From NCBI GenBank assembly GCA_964527715.1, contig CAZGOD010000005.1, positions 22,793 to 86,792 on the forward strand: a stretch of 64,000 bases of DNA, given 5' to 3'. The position numbers and the translations under genes are program-made. The notes below the pieces were generated by a model, which saw only the letters and a list, made by a program, of their open reading frames with translations, made no database searches and was not told the origin of the DNA. Shown piece after piece: positions 1 to 10,158 of this stretch (within the stretch, counting starts at the first letter, position 1; each line of letters opens with the position of its first letter). This DNA is from an uncultured Thermoplasmatales archaeon (GTDB lineage Archaea > Thermoplasmatota > E2 > DHVEG-1).

Positions 1-15
1 ATTGTTAGTCTGATA

Positions 16-777
16 TTGTTAGGGCTTGGTGTAACTAGTCCAGCGGGTATGGCTATTGCTATTTTCATATCTGCGGTTATCTGTATCGGTGGTTCGATCT
101 CTGGGGATCTCTTGCAGTCTATGGCCTGTGGTCAAATGCTTGGTGCTACACCTAAAAAGTTACAGATTTCAATGACCCTTGGAGTTCTTGCGGTATCTGG
201 TGTTGTAGGAATTGTTATAGGAGTTCTTCATAAAGCATTTGAAATTGGTAGTCGTGATCTCTCGGCGCCTCAGGCTTATCTTATGGCGGGTATTGTCAAG
301 GGTGTACTAGGGGGAGAGATGCTCTGGCCATATGTGTTTGTAGGAATGGTACTAGCTCTTGTCTTGATTCTTATTGATTTACCGGTTTTACCAGTTGCAA
401 TAGGGATCTATTTGCCTTTCACTTTGTCTATACCAATTTTTGCTGGTGGAGGTATACGGCATCTAACTGATAGATTCCTCAAAAAGAGGTATGGAAGTGC
501 GGAGGAGGAAGAGATCAGTGATTGGGAGCTTGCAATTAAACAAACTAATGTGAAACCAAAGGAGAAGGTGGTACGAAATGGTCTTTTATTTACAGCTGGT
601 CTTGTAACTGGAGAAGCCCTAATGGGTGTTATTATCGCTGTGATTGTTGTGATGAATATTAATCTTGAATTCTTCAAATATGCTCCTTGGTGGCCTGGTT
701 TATTAATTTGGTTGTTCATAGCTGTATTGTTAGCGTATATCCCAATTAGGGAAATTGTAAATAAAAAAACTCGCTAA
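16..777 (+). CDS. OPT-family oligopeptide transporter, C-terminal part (5' end lies outside the window)
   Basis: Multi-TM protein with OPT/YSL motifs GDLLQS..G.MLGATP.K.Q, L.APQA.LM, PVAIGIYLP and GL..GEAL.G. Confidence 0.85.
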   Translation: MLGLGVTSPAGMAIAIFISAVICIGGSISGDLLQSMACGQMLGATPKKLQISMTLGVLAVSGVVGIVIGVLHKAFEIGSRDLSAPQAYLMAGIVKGVLGGEMLWPYVFVGMVLALVLILIDLPVLPVAIGIYLPFTLSIPIFAGGGIRHLTDRFLKKRYGSAEEEEISDWELAIKQTNVKPKEKVVRNGLLFTAGLVTGEALMGVIIAVIVVMNINLEFFKYAPWWPGLLIWLFIAVLLAYIPIREIVNKKTR

Positions 778-832
778 TAACCTATTTTTATTTTTGATTT
801 AGATTTTTCCAAAATCTCTTTATATACAAAAT

Positions 833-1558
833 GTGATAGAATATACTGTGGTAAAAGAGATAGAAAACAAAGCTGACAAAGGGGAGGAAGATACTACTTC
901 TAATGTAAAGACTCATAACGAAATCCAGAAAATGATCAGGGATGTCGAGAAATTTGAAAAAAACTTCAAGGAATATGACGGAATAGAAATAGAAGAAGAT
1001 GATCCAGAAGATATTGAAATAGAGGATGTTGAACTATATCCTGTTGATACTGAATCGGAGGAACCAGAATTTACTAATCAAGATATTCCTGAACAAATTG
1101 TTGAACCGGATATATCTGAGGAAGAATATGATGAGTCAGATATTCAGCCTAGAGGGAGAATCACTGGGATTCAACAGTTAAAAGAATTCGCGGAATTAAC
1201 TGAGGCGGAACAACAGGAGGAATTACCTGAGCCAATAATAGAAACAGATGAACCGGATCAGGAAGTTGAATTACAGGAACCAGTTGAACTACCTGGGCCA
1301 GTTAGTGAAGTAGTGGGAGAAAAAGTACCACCTAAAAAAGATGTAACAAAAACTGAGCCTTCTAAGACTAAGCCTGCTTCTTCTGCTGTTTTTAATGTTG
1401 GTTTTGGTGATGATGGTAAACTTGTGAATCTTGATATGAAGAAACCAAAACCTAAAAAAACGAAGGAGAAATCAGAAACTGAGAGTAAATCTTCTAAGTT
1501 TAAGGGTGGATTAGGTAAACTTAAGAAAGCGATACCTTTCAGGGGAAAAGAAGAATAA
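833..1558 (+). CDS. Hypothetical protein: long acidic, probably disordered region with a basic C-terminus
   Basis: 241-aa ORF rich in E/D/P with a K-rich tail; TATA-like TTTATATA near 818-826; start may be GTG at 848. Confidence 0.6.
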   Translation: MIEYTVVKEIENKADKGEEDTTSNVKTHNEIQKMIRDVEKFEKNFKEYDGIEIEEDDPEDIEIEDVELYPVDTESEEPEFTNQDIPEQIVEPDISEEEYDESDIQPRGRITGIQQLKEFAELTEAEQQEELPEPIIETDEPDQEVELQEPVELPGPVSEVVGEKVPPKKDVTKTEPSKTKPASSAVFNVGFGDDGKLVNLDMKKPKPKKTKEKSETESKSSKFKGGLGKLKKAIPFRGKEE

Positions 1559-1628
1559 AAAAGTAGGTGGTATTTTTAGGTGATGATAGGGGGTTCACCG
1601 TAATTTTTTTTGGCTTATAGATGCTTGT

Positions 1629-1742
1629 CTAATCTGTTTGGTTTGCTAGTTGTCTTATTCTGTTACTTACGATGAATATTTCCATTGTGGATTTTAGTTC
1701 GTTCAATTCTTGTTGGGTTCTTACCTCACTGACGATTTTCAT
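1629..1742 (-). CDS. Small protein, 37 aa (MKIVSEVRTQQELNELKSTMEIFIVSNRIRQLANQTD)
   Basis: Read by hand; ATG preceded by SD AAGGTGGTGA and TATA TTTAAATA (1795-1788). Confidence 0.55.
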   Translation of the reverse strand: MKIVSEVRTQQELNELKSTMEIFIVSNRIRQLANQTD

Positions 1743-1883
1743 TTTTTTATTCACCACCTTTTCTAAGTTATACTCTGTAACTAATAGTATTTAAACATAT
1801 TGTGTAATTGTGTCGTGTATGTAATTATAACAAATAGGAGAAAACCATTAAATAAACCCTTATTATTCCCAAGGACAACAACT

Positions 1884-4706
1884 ATGAAACCAAAAAACTA
1901 CAACTACCAAGATATAGAAGAAAAATGGCAAAAACAATGGTTCGAAAAAAAAATCTACGAATCTAAAAAAGAAAACAAAAAAAAATTCTTCTTACACTTT
2001 GCTTACCCTGGGGTATCAGGATACCTACACGTAGGACATATGAGAGGGTTCACCTACTGTGACATAATCGCCAGATATAAACGAATGATAGGATACTCAG
2101 TACTATTCCCCGCAGGATTCCATGCCTCAGGAATACCCTCTGTTGGGTTTGCAAAAAAAGTAGAAAGAAAAGATCCAACAACTATCAAAAATCTAAAAGA
2201 ATACGGTGTTTCAGAAAGCTTAATTAAAAAACTAGTTAATCCTGAGGAAGTCGTACGATATTTTGGTGAGGTATATGTAGAAGATTACTGGAAAAAATTT
2301 GGTTTTCTTATAGATTACTCTAGGACAATGAGTACTATATCAGATGGTTATAAAAAATTCATTGAATGGCAGTTTAAAAAACTAAAACAACAGGATTTAC
2401 TCGTTCAAAAACCTCATTTTGCCCCGTTTTGTGCTAATTGTGGACCAGTTGCTGTTGACAAATCAGAGACAGATATCTCCAGGGGTGGATCAGCTGAGAT
2501 CCTTGAGTTTACAACTATTAAATTCATTATGGAAGATGATACAGTTTTACCAGCTGCAACACTTCGTCCTGAGACAATTTTTGGTGTTACTAATATGTGG
2601 GTAAACCCTGATGTTGAATATGTGAAAGCCAAAATAAACGGTGAAACATGGATACTCTCAAAAGAGGCATTTGATAAACTCACATATCAACTTGATAATG
2701 TTGAGCTTCTTAAAGAAACCATATCTGGTAAAGACCTTATTGGTAAAAAATGTAAGATACCACTAGGTGATAGATGGGTACCGATTCTATCTGGGACATT
2801 TGCAGACCCAGGTGTTGCCACCGGGATAGTTATGTCTGTCCCAGCTCATGCACCATATGACTGGATTGCATTAGTAGAATCAAAGGAGGATATTGCTCCT
2901 ATCACGATTATCGATGTTAAAGGATATGGAACCAACCCTGCTAAGGAAGCCTGCGATGAACTAGGTATTAAGAGTCAAACTGAAACAGAGAAACTTGACC
3001 TAGCAACAGAGGAAGTATACAAGAAAGAGTTTCACACAGGGTACCTCAATGAGAACTGTGGAATATACGCGGGTATCAGTATCTCTGATATAAAGGATGA
3101 AGTTAAAAACGAGCTTATAAACAAGGGGCAAGCTGTTGTAATGCGAGAGTTCTCAGAACAGGTAATATGTAGATGTGGTGGTAATGTTCTAATAAAACAA
3201 ATACCTGATCAATGGTTCATAAAATACAGCGATCAGGAGCTCACAGAGAAATCAAAAGACCATGTAGCTAACATGAATATTTACCCTGAGGACTATAAGA
3301 AAGAGATGCCAGGTGTCCTCGACTGGTTTGATGACCGAGCATGTATACGACAGGGTTCATGGCTTGGAACTGAGTTCCCATTTAAAAAAGACTGGATAAT
3401 AGAGCCAATATCTGATTCTACACTTTATCCAGCTTATTATATCATTTCAAAACATGTAAATGAAAATAAGATAAGACCCGGGGATATGACAGAGGAATTC
3501 TTCGACTACGTATTCCTGGGTAAAGGCAAACCCAAGAATCAGGTATGGAGTGAGATTAAATCTGATTTTGATTTTTGGTACCCAGTTGACATCAACCTAG
3601 GCGGTAAGGAACATAAAACTGTGCATTTCCCAGTGTTTTTAATGAACCATGTAGCTGTTATGCCCAGTGATAAGAGACCCGATGGTATCTTTGTTCACTG
3701 GTGGGTTACACAAAAAGGAAAAGAAAAAATCAGTAAATCCAAGGGTGGCGCTGAGCACATAAATGAAGCTGCAACCACTTATGGTGTTGACGCAATGCGT
3801 CTATACTATGCACATGTTGGTTCCCCCTTTGTAGATATAGAATGGGACCCTGAGATTGTCCTCAAATACAAGAACAAGGTTGCGAATATTTACAAATTAA
3901 TTAATCAGCTGGCAAATGTTAAAGAAAAAGAGGATAAAAATCTCGATAACTGGTTGAAAAGCAGTCTTAACCGTAGGATACAAAAAACCCTGGAGGCTTT
4001 TGAAAACTTTGATCTTCGTATCGCTTCTAATGAGATTTTCTTTGAATGTCAGAAAGATATACAATGGTACTTAAAACGAGGTGGTGGAAACAAGGAACTA
4101 CTTGAAAAATATGTTAACACTTGGACAAAACTTATGACACCAGTGACACCACACCTATCTGAGGAGCTATGGCATATCCGGGAAAAAACCCTTGTCTCAG
4201 ATGAAACCTATCCTAAGTTCAACTCTACGGATATATCTGAAAAAGACGAAGTTGGTGAATACCTTTTATCTAAGGTTGTTGAGGATATCCGTGAAATATT
4301 AAAAGTCACTAAGATTAAACCAAAAAAGATCTGTCTTTATACTTCACCAGTTTGGAAATGGGGTGTATTCAGAAAAGCAATAAAGCTTGAATCAGAAGGC
4401 AAACTAGATGTTGGAAGTATGATGAAAGATATCATGTCAGATCCTAATATGAAACCTATAGCTAAACAGGTTTCTCAATATGTTGGTAAACTACCTGGTG
4501 AGGTTAAAAGACTTAGTGATACTGATAAGAAACAATACTTGATTGATTTCAAAGAAAAAGAGTATCTAGTAAACGCTGAGGAATATCTTAAAAGTGTTTT
4601 TTCCTGTGAAATTGAGACTTATACTGTTGATGAAAAAAACCTTTATGACCCCACGAGTAAATCCAAGTTTGCTATTCCACTACGACCAGCTATTTACGTG
4701 GAGTAA
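1884..4706 (+). CDS. leuS: Leucyl-tRNA synthetase (archaeal type)
   Basis: HVGH (HIGH) and KISKS (KMSKS) motifs, ATLRPETIFG editing-domain entry, Zn-binding CxxC/CRC; start set at ATG 1884. Confidence 0.95.
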   Translation: MKPKNYNYQDIEEKWQKQWFEKKIYESKKENKKKFFLHFAYPGVSGYLHVGHMRGFTYCDIIARYKRMIGYSVLFPAGFHASGIPSVGFAKKVERKDPTTIKNLKEYGVSESLIKKLVNPEEVVRYFGEVYVEDYWKKFGFLIDYSRTMSTISDGYKKFIEWQFKKLKQQDLLVQKPHFAPFCANCGPVAVDKSETDISRGGSAEILEFTTIKFIMEDDTVLPAATLRPETIFGVTNMWVNPDVEYVKAKINGETWILSKEAFDKLTYQLDNVELLKETISGKDLIGKKCKIPLGDRWVPILSGTFADPGVATGIVMSVPAHAPYDWIALVESKEDIAPITIIDVKGYGTNPAKEACDELGIKSQTETEKLDLATEEVYKKEFHTGYLNENCGIYAGISISDIKDEVKNELINKGQAVVMREFSEQVICRCGGNVLIKQIPDQWFIKYSDQELTEKSKDHVANMNIYPEDYKKEMPGVLDWFDDRACIRQGSWLGTEFPFKKDWIIEPISDSTLYPAYYIISKHVNENKIRPGDMTEEFFDYVFLGKGKPKNQVWSEIKSDFDFWYPVDINLGGKEHKTVHFPVFLMNHVAVMPSDKRPDGIFVHWWVTQKGKEKISKSKGGAEHINEAATTYGVDAMRLYYAHVGSPFVDIEWDPEIVLKYKNKVANIYKLINQLANVKEKEDKNLDNWLKSSLNRRIQKTLEAFENFDLRIASNEIFFECQKDIQWYLKRGGGNKELLEKYVNTWTKLMTPVTPHLSEELWHIREKTLVSDETYPKFNSTDISEKDEVGEYLLSKVVEDIREILKVTKIKPKKICLYTSPVWKWGVFRKAIKLESEGKLDVGSMMKDIMSDPNMKPIAKQVSQYVGKLPGEVKRLSDTDKKQYLIDFKEKEYLVNAEEYLKSVFSCEIETYTVDEKNLYDPTSKSKFAIPLRPAIYVE

Positions 4707-4709
4707 AAA

Positions 4710-5405
4710 ATGCAAGATGAACTTGTGAAAACTTCTCAGGAAACATGGGATGCTATTGCTAAGAGTTTTGATATTACAAGGCGTAAACCATGGAAACAAG
4801 TCATTGATTTCGTAGAGAAACTACCTGAGCCTAGTGTCGTCGCTGATGTTGGCTGTGGAAATGGTAGACACTTTATACCCTGTGCTCAGCATTGTAAAAA
4901 AGTCATAGGTCTAGATATTTCTCAGGAGCTTCTAAATATCGTTCAGAAAAAACTAGATGAAAATAATCTTAGGAATGTTAATCTTGTTCACTCTGACATA
5001 GTAAACATGCCACTTGAGAACTATAGTGTAGATTATGTGCTTTTCATTGCATCACTTCACAATATTAAAGGTAGAGATAGACGTATACAGGCTCTTAGGG
5101 AAGTAAAGCGTATATTGAAAAAAGATGGAGAGGCATTGATAAGTGTCTGGTCACGCTGGCAGGATAAATATAGGAAACAATTCCTGAGGAAATGGTTTAC
5201 TCAAACTGGTGAAGAAGAATTTGGAGATATTGACATTTACTGGAAACAGCATGGTCTTAATATTCCACGTTTTTATCATTTGTATAGTAAAAGGGAATTC
5301 ACTAGTGATCTTCAGAACGCTGGGTTTAAAATAATAGATTTACAAGAGGTTAAATTACATTCAACAAAGCATCCTGATAATTATTTTGCAATTGTTACTA
5401 AATAA
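4710..5405 (+). CDS. Class I SAM-dependent methyltransferase, Trm9/ALKBH8-like tRNA methyltransferase
   Basis: DVGCGNGR SAM motif; WDAIAKSFDITRRKPW and RFYHLY resemble Trm9-family signatures; 3 nt downstream of leuS. Confidence 0.7.
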   Translation: MQDELVKTSQETWDAIAKSFDITRRKPWKQVIDFVEKLPEPSVVADVGCGNGRHFIPCAQHCKKVIGLDISQELLNIVQKKLDENNLRNVNLVHSDIVNMPLENYSVDYVLFIASLHNIKGRDRRIQALREVKRILKKDGEALISVWSRWQDKYRKQFLRKWFTQTGEEEFGDIDIYWKQHGLNIPRFYHLYSKREFTSDLQNAGFKIIDLQEVKLHSTKHPDNYFAIVTK

Positions 5406-5445
5406 AGATTGTGTGATAGGGTTTTATAAAAACAAAAAAACAAAA

Positions 5446-5553
5446 CTATTTTTTCTTATGTTTTAGAGCTCTATAAAGAAAATATATTAAGCCACCATAA
5501 AGTACAACTGACCCAAATATTAGCATTGCTATCGCAGATAATGGTAAAGTCAT
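5446..5553 (-). CDS. MetS-family NSS transporter small subunit, 35 aa (MTLPLSAIAMLIFGSVVLYGGLIYFLYRALKHKKK)
   Basis: ATGA overlap with the NSS stop; single TM with SAI.M...GG L pattern and basic tail. Confidence 0.8.
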   Translation of the reverse strand: MTLPLSAIAMLIFGSVVLYGGLIYFLYRALKHKKK

Positions 5554-7034
5554 AATTCTTTTTCCCCTTTAACTTTCATAAAGACAAATGATAAGACAAA
5601 TGCAGCAATTGCTAAGCATACACCTCCTATCATTAGTGCAAATGTTGAATAATTTTCATATCTCCCTGTGATATTTTCATAAATAACCATTAAAAACAGA
5701 CTGATCAGGATTATTGGATTTACATATTTAATAAGTATTTCCCACCAACGTCCTATTTTTATTTCCGATGTATCATTTGCATGCTTCCTCAATCTTCTAA
5801 TATTAAACATGTATCCTACTACGATACATTCAAAGAGAGCAATTAACGCAAGTCCAAAATTAGCAATGAAATAATCTGTAATTGATAACCAATGAAGACC
5901 ACTACCGGTAGTATATATTAGTCCTGCTAAGAAACCTATAAGGCAAACAATTGCTGTAACTTTTTGTTTACTAATTTTCCATTTATCAGTTATACCAACA
6001 GGTAGAGGTTCAACCATTGAAAACGCGCTATCTATTCCAAATGTTAATAGAGCAATGAAAAATATTATTCCAAAGAACGCTGCTGCAAATGGTAAAAGTG
6101 TTACAGCAGTTGGATATGCAATAAATGCTAACTCCGGACCAACTTTTGCAACTTCAGTTACACCCACCCCAGTTGAATAAGCAAGATATCCAATTACGCT
6201 GAAAACTGCAAATCCTGCAAAAAAACTAGTACCAGCATCAGCTAAACAGGTTATTATTGCATTGTTGTTAATATCAGATTTTTTTGGTAAGAAACTTGCA
6301 TAAGTAATCATTATTCCTCCAGCAAGACTAAATGACCATAAAACCTGTGAATATGCTGCTAGCCATATTTCAGCATTCCATAGTTTTGAAAAATCAGGAG
6401 TAAGATAATAACTAACTCCTTCTATAGCTCCAGGGAGAGTTAACCCTCTAATTGCTAAAATAACAAGTAGTATTGTTGGTAATGGAACAGTTATTAAAAC
6501 TACTTTTCCAATATTTTTAACACCTTTTCGAATTATTAAATAGATTAACAGCCAAATACAAAGTAATCCTAAAACAACTGGTAATCTTATTGACCCAAGA
6601 ATCTCTGGGGCATTTGTTAAACCTAAGAAATCACTGATAAAAAAACCTTCAGAATTTGATCCCCAACGTAAATCAAGAGAATAAATCATATAATTAAAGC
6701 ACCATGCCATTATGACAGAGTAATAAATAACTGTAATAAACTCGACAAGTAGGGGCCACCATCCAAGCCATTCCCATTTACGACCAATTTTAGCAAAAGT
6801 CTTAGGAGCTCCACCCTGGGACCAATGTCCTAATGTAAATTCAAGGATCATTAAGGGAATTCCGAGTGTAAAAATTGCTATAAAGAAAGGAATTAAAAAG
6901 GCGCCTCCACCATGTTTGTAGCACATATAAGGAAAACGCCATATATTTCCAAGTCCTACAGCTGAACCAACTGCTGCCATTATAAAGGCAAATCTTGAAT
7001 TCCAGTGTTCTCTTTTTTCCGAAATCAGGATCAC
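5550..7034 (-). CDS. Sodium-dependent amino-acid transporter, NSS/SNF (LeuT-like) family
   Basis: REHW.SR..FI.AAVGSAVGLGNIWRFPY, GGGAFLIP and GPELAFIAYP motifs; true start probably ATT at 7025. Confidence 0.93.
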   Translation of the reverse strand: MILISEKREHWNSRFAFIMAAVGSAVGLGNIWRFPYMCYKHGGGAFLIPFFIAIFTLGIPLMILEFTLGHWSQGGAPKTFAKIGRKWEWLGWWPLLVEFITVIYYSVIMAWCFNYMIYSLDLRWGSNSEGFFISDFLGLTNAPEILGSIRLPVVLGLLCIWLLIYLIIRKGVKNIGKVVLITVPLPTILLVILAIRGLTLPGAIEGVSYYLTPDFSKLWNAEIWLAAYSQVLWSFSLAGGIMITYASFLPKKSDINNNAIITCLADAGTSFFAGFAVFSVIGYLAYSTGVGVTEVAKVGPELAFIAYPTAVTLLPFAAAFFGIIFFIALLTFGIDSAFSMVEPLPVGITDKWKISKQKVTAIVCLIGFLAGLIYTTGSGLHWLSITDYFIANFGLALIALFECIVVGYMFNIRRLRKHANDTSEIKIGRWWEILIKYVNPIILISLFLMVIYENITGRYENYSTFALMIGGVCLAIAAFVLSFVFMKVKGEKEL

Positions 7035-7040
7035 CTTTTT

Positions 7041-9845
7041 TTATCCCAGGTTACATGGTTCATATGGGTTAAACGCTGGGTCACCATACAGACAATACTC
7101 TTGGTAACAAACATATTTATTTTCGATAGCTGTTGTCTTTGTCTCTTGATTATTGAATAGACCAAGAGGAGGTGTCCAGTACATCGAATATTCTGCATCC
7201 TCTGGTAGATACCTATTTCTAGCATTTCGTAAAGCTAAACCTACACTGACATCTTTTTCTTTTAGTTCTTGCAACATATTTTCGTACATTTTTTCTCCAA
7301 AATGTGTTTCTGGATAAATACCATTCCTTGCTTTAAGTGAAGTCGAAATAAACCCAGGAATGGTACCAAGTGCCGTCGAACTCGGTCGATATGGTTCAAG
7401 GTATCCACCTGCAACATTCGTTGGCGTAGGTGAAACTATGATTGCATTCATACCAGCATGTAGAAAAGCCTGGCTAATACATGTTCCAGGATGTCTTCCT
7501 TCAATTGCACCAACGAGGCAGCTTTCGAAAAACTTGAATGAGGGCCCAAAATTCATGTTTTCTACACCTCTAACATAGTAATCTCCAAGAGCTCCTAAGG
7601 ATGAACCAGGGCCAAATGGTTTACCGACACGAGCAATTATTTGCAGTAATATTGGTAGAACTACATAACCTAAACCTATACCTGATAAGGCAACATTTCC
7701 AATACCATATCCGGGTTTATCACCGTGACCATTGATAAAAATGAAATTACTATTTTCCTGATCTTCGCCTCCAGTAACCCGGTCTTCTCCGAGGGATAAT
7801 TTTAACTGAAGCTTTGATAACAATAGACGGTTTAACAAGTTAGCTTTCTTTAATAGACTAATGGCCTGGTTACTAAGACCCTTTCGTGATGCTTTGAAAT
7901 AGGTATCTCTAGTTGTTTTAAAGCCCATTGGCTCTAATGAAGTTTTTTGTATTCCATCAGCAACATATTTACTAAATCCTGTTGGCCATTTCATTGGTTC
8001 ATTATAATCTTCAGCAACATGGTCTGTACTACCTAAGTTAGTTGCTAGTGCATAGAGGATAACAGGTGTTGCAAACTCCACACCGCATCCTGTTTGAACC
8101 GTTGCTCTGTCCTTCCAATCACCTAGACCATCAATGATTCTATCATAGAATATTGTTCTTGTAACCAACGCGCTAGCATCTTGCATATCCCAACCAGTAA
8201 TCCTACCAACAATGTTCTCCTGAGTAGGATACTCTGAATAAACGTCATTTTGCACATTCTCCCAGCCAGGAATTGGATCAATATTTCCATAGAGTACATC
8301 AGTTGATGTGCCGCCATATCCGACGGTCGCTTTATATATATACTGCGGTAGAACAGTTGCACCGCCTACTAAAGCAATATAAACTGGATTCTCTAAATAA
8401 TAGTCTCTTAAATCCTTAACATCTCTAGGATCGTTAACTCGGATATTAGCAAGCTTAGCAAGTAACTTATTCAACGGCAAATGGATGTTATTATAGATAT
8501 GATCATTAGAAGCTCCTCTTAACTCTTCGTTACTTCTTGGCATGTAGTGTCCTGGGCAGGTCTCTACCTTTTCAGTTAATACATTATCATTGGCAACAAA
8601 GGCAAATTCGGGCTTACCAAAAATAATACCTCTATGATAAGCCGTCAAATAAGGGGCAATAGAAGAAAGCCCCTTCATCATAGGATAAAGGGGATCACTG
8701 AGCTTTTCAATAGTAACAGTGGCCTTAACCTCACCCTGCTTTTTAACAATCCAGTGGGGAGATGCAGTTACAGTATATTCAGTTCCACCCATGTCGTAGA
8801 GAACTGCCTCAGCATAATATTTATCGACAATCGTGTTACCCTTTGAGTCATATATTGATGGAGAGGTAGTAGTAGAACCACTTAGTAGTCCTTTAACTTT
8901 GAAACCTACATGATCACCTAAAAGGTCTACATGTTCAGGGTTAAGATTAACACCTTCGAACTTGACCAAAGCATACTTATAGTCTTTCGGAATGGTAAAC
9001 TTACCAAGTTCAAAATCGAGGTTTCCATTATTTTGTATTGCCGTTTTTAAAAGTGCGACAAGCTGTATTGAAGATACAGTCTTCAATTTAACAGGGCCAA
9101 AAGTCTCTGTCATACTATCTAAAATATCAGGTTCTCTTACATCAATTGGATTAGTCAGAGTAATATAATTAACATTGCCAAACTTTTCCCTGACTAGATC
9201 AATAGATGCATTAACAATGTCGTTAACATTATCAAATCTTAAAACTTCACCGAAACCTTCGATATCACCACAAACAATCGACTTCTCAACACCAAGATTC
9301 TCAAGAACTTTTTTAACATCGTCATCCAACTCATCAACAACAATGAGAGGTATACTAAGATACGATGCTAAAGGAGCAGCAAGCACTCCAAGGTTATAAC
9401 CAGATTGATTATTCTGGATAATAAGTGCTGCATCGCTGCTCTTCCAATAGCTCTCTGCAATGTCAAGGGAGAGATCCTTTAGAGATCTAGAATCACCAAC
9501 TGCTAGATCTGGAGTTATTCCAATCATATCCTTAGCCCTTATAACAGCACGAGAGGGGTTAATATAATCTTCAATGTAAAGAGGTATAACTCCTGGCTCT
9601 TTATTTTGGTTATAATGAACTGCTAGTGGTGTGACAATAAGTGCAAAGAAAGGATTACTATCTGAAACAGATATTCCACTAGGTAAACTAGAAAAACTGC
9701 CTGAAACATCATAAAAATCCTTTACAGTGATAGATTCACTTATGTTCTCTTCAAATGGATTCCAGACATGTATGCCAATGGATGCTATGATTAATACCAG
9801 CACTCCGCATATAGCGATTAATTTATCTTTCGCTTTTTCTTGCAT
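7041..9845 (-). CDS. Secreted or membrane-anchored C25 (gingipain-like) cysteine peptidase
   Basis: N-terminal hydrophobic anchor; IALVGG, VGRITG, FIFINGHG (His), FFESCLVG (Cys) and C-terminal LYGDP motifs. Confidence 0.7.
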   Translation of the reverse strand: MQEKAKDKLIAICGVLVLIIASIGIHVWNPFEENISESITVKDFYDVSGSFSSLPSGISVSDSNPFFALIVTPLAVHYNQNKEPGVIPLYIEDYINPSRAVIRAKDMIGITPDLAVGDSRSLKDLSLDIAESYWKSSDAALIIQNNQSGYNLGVLAAPLASYLSIPLIVVDELDDDVKKVLENLGVEKSIVCGDIEGFGEVLRFDNVNDIVNASIDLVREKFGNVNYITLTNPIDVREPDILDSMTETFGPVKLKTVSSIQLVALLKTAIQNNGNLDFELGKFTIPKDYKYALVKFEGVNLNPEHVDLLGDHVGFKVKGLLSGSTTTSPSIYDSKGNTIVDKYYAEAVLYDMGGTEYTVTASPHWIVKKQGEVKATVTIEKLSDPLYPMMKGLSSIAPYLTAYHRGIIFGKPEFAFVANDNVLTEKVETCPGHYMPRSNEELRGASNDHIYNNIHLPLNKLLAKLANIRVNDPRDVKDLRDYYLENPVYIALVGGATVLPQYIYKATVGYGGTSTDVLYGNIDPIPGWENVQNDVYSEYPTQENIVGRITGWDMQDASALVTRTIFYDRIIDGLGDWKDRATVQTGCGVEFATPVILYALATNLGSTDHVAEDYNEPMKWPTGFSKYVADGIQKTSLEPMGFKTTRDTYFKASRKGLSNQAISLLKKANLLNRLLLSKLQLKLSLGEDRVTGGEDQENSNFIFINGHGDKPGYGIGNVALSGIGLGYVVLPILLQIIARVGKPFGPGSSLGALGDYYVRGVENMNFGPSFKFFESCLVGAIEGRHPGTCISQAFLHAGMNAIIVSPTPTNVAGGYLEPYRPSSTALGTIPGFISTSLKARNGIYPETHFGEKMYENMLQELKEKDVSVGLALRNARNRYLPEDAEYSMYWTPPLGLFNNQETKTTAIENKYVCYQEYCLYGDPAFNPYEPCNLG

Positions 9846-10158
9846 GTTTTTCTACCCATTTATTATTTATAGTTGCATGTTTTATTTATAACTAATGTTA
9901 TTATTGATACAACTTCTGGCTATATTAGTTATCATAGCTCTTATACTGTTATAAAGGCTAAATTTCCGCATTTATAGTTATTATTATCACATTTTATTAC
10001 TATTTTAAAATAATCTGAAGAAGTTATTATGCATAATCCGTAATAATAATAATGATTTAATCTCAACTCAGAACAAACAACAGATAAAAACCGCCTAAAC
10101 TACAATGTTACTATTATGTAATAATTACTACTAACAAAATAATTAATTTATATAAAAT

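Noticed and set aside
1580..1600. GTGATGA as the C box of a C/D sRNA
   Set aside because: No CTGA D box at a suitable distance
1800..1883. 28-aa N-terminal extension of LeuRS in the ORF track
   Set aside because: TTG start falls in promoter-like sequence; LeuRS similarity begins at ATG 1884
9840..9883. Duplicated AAAACATGCAA creating an M-Q-L mini-uORF before the C25 gene
   Set aside because: Only 11 bp in very AT-rich DNA; may be chance
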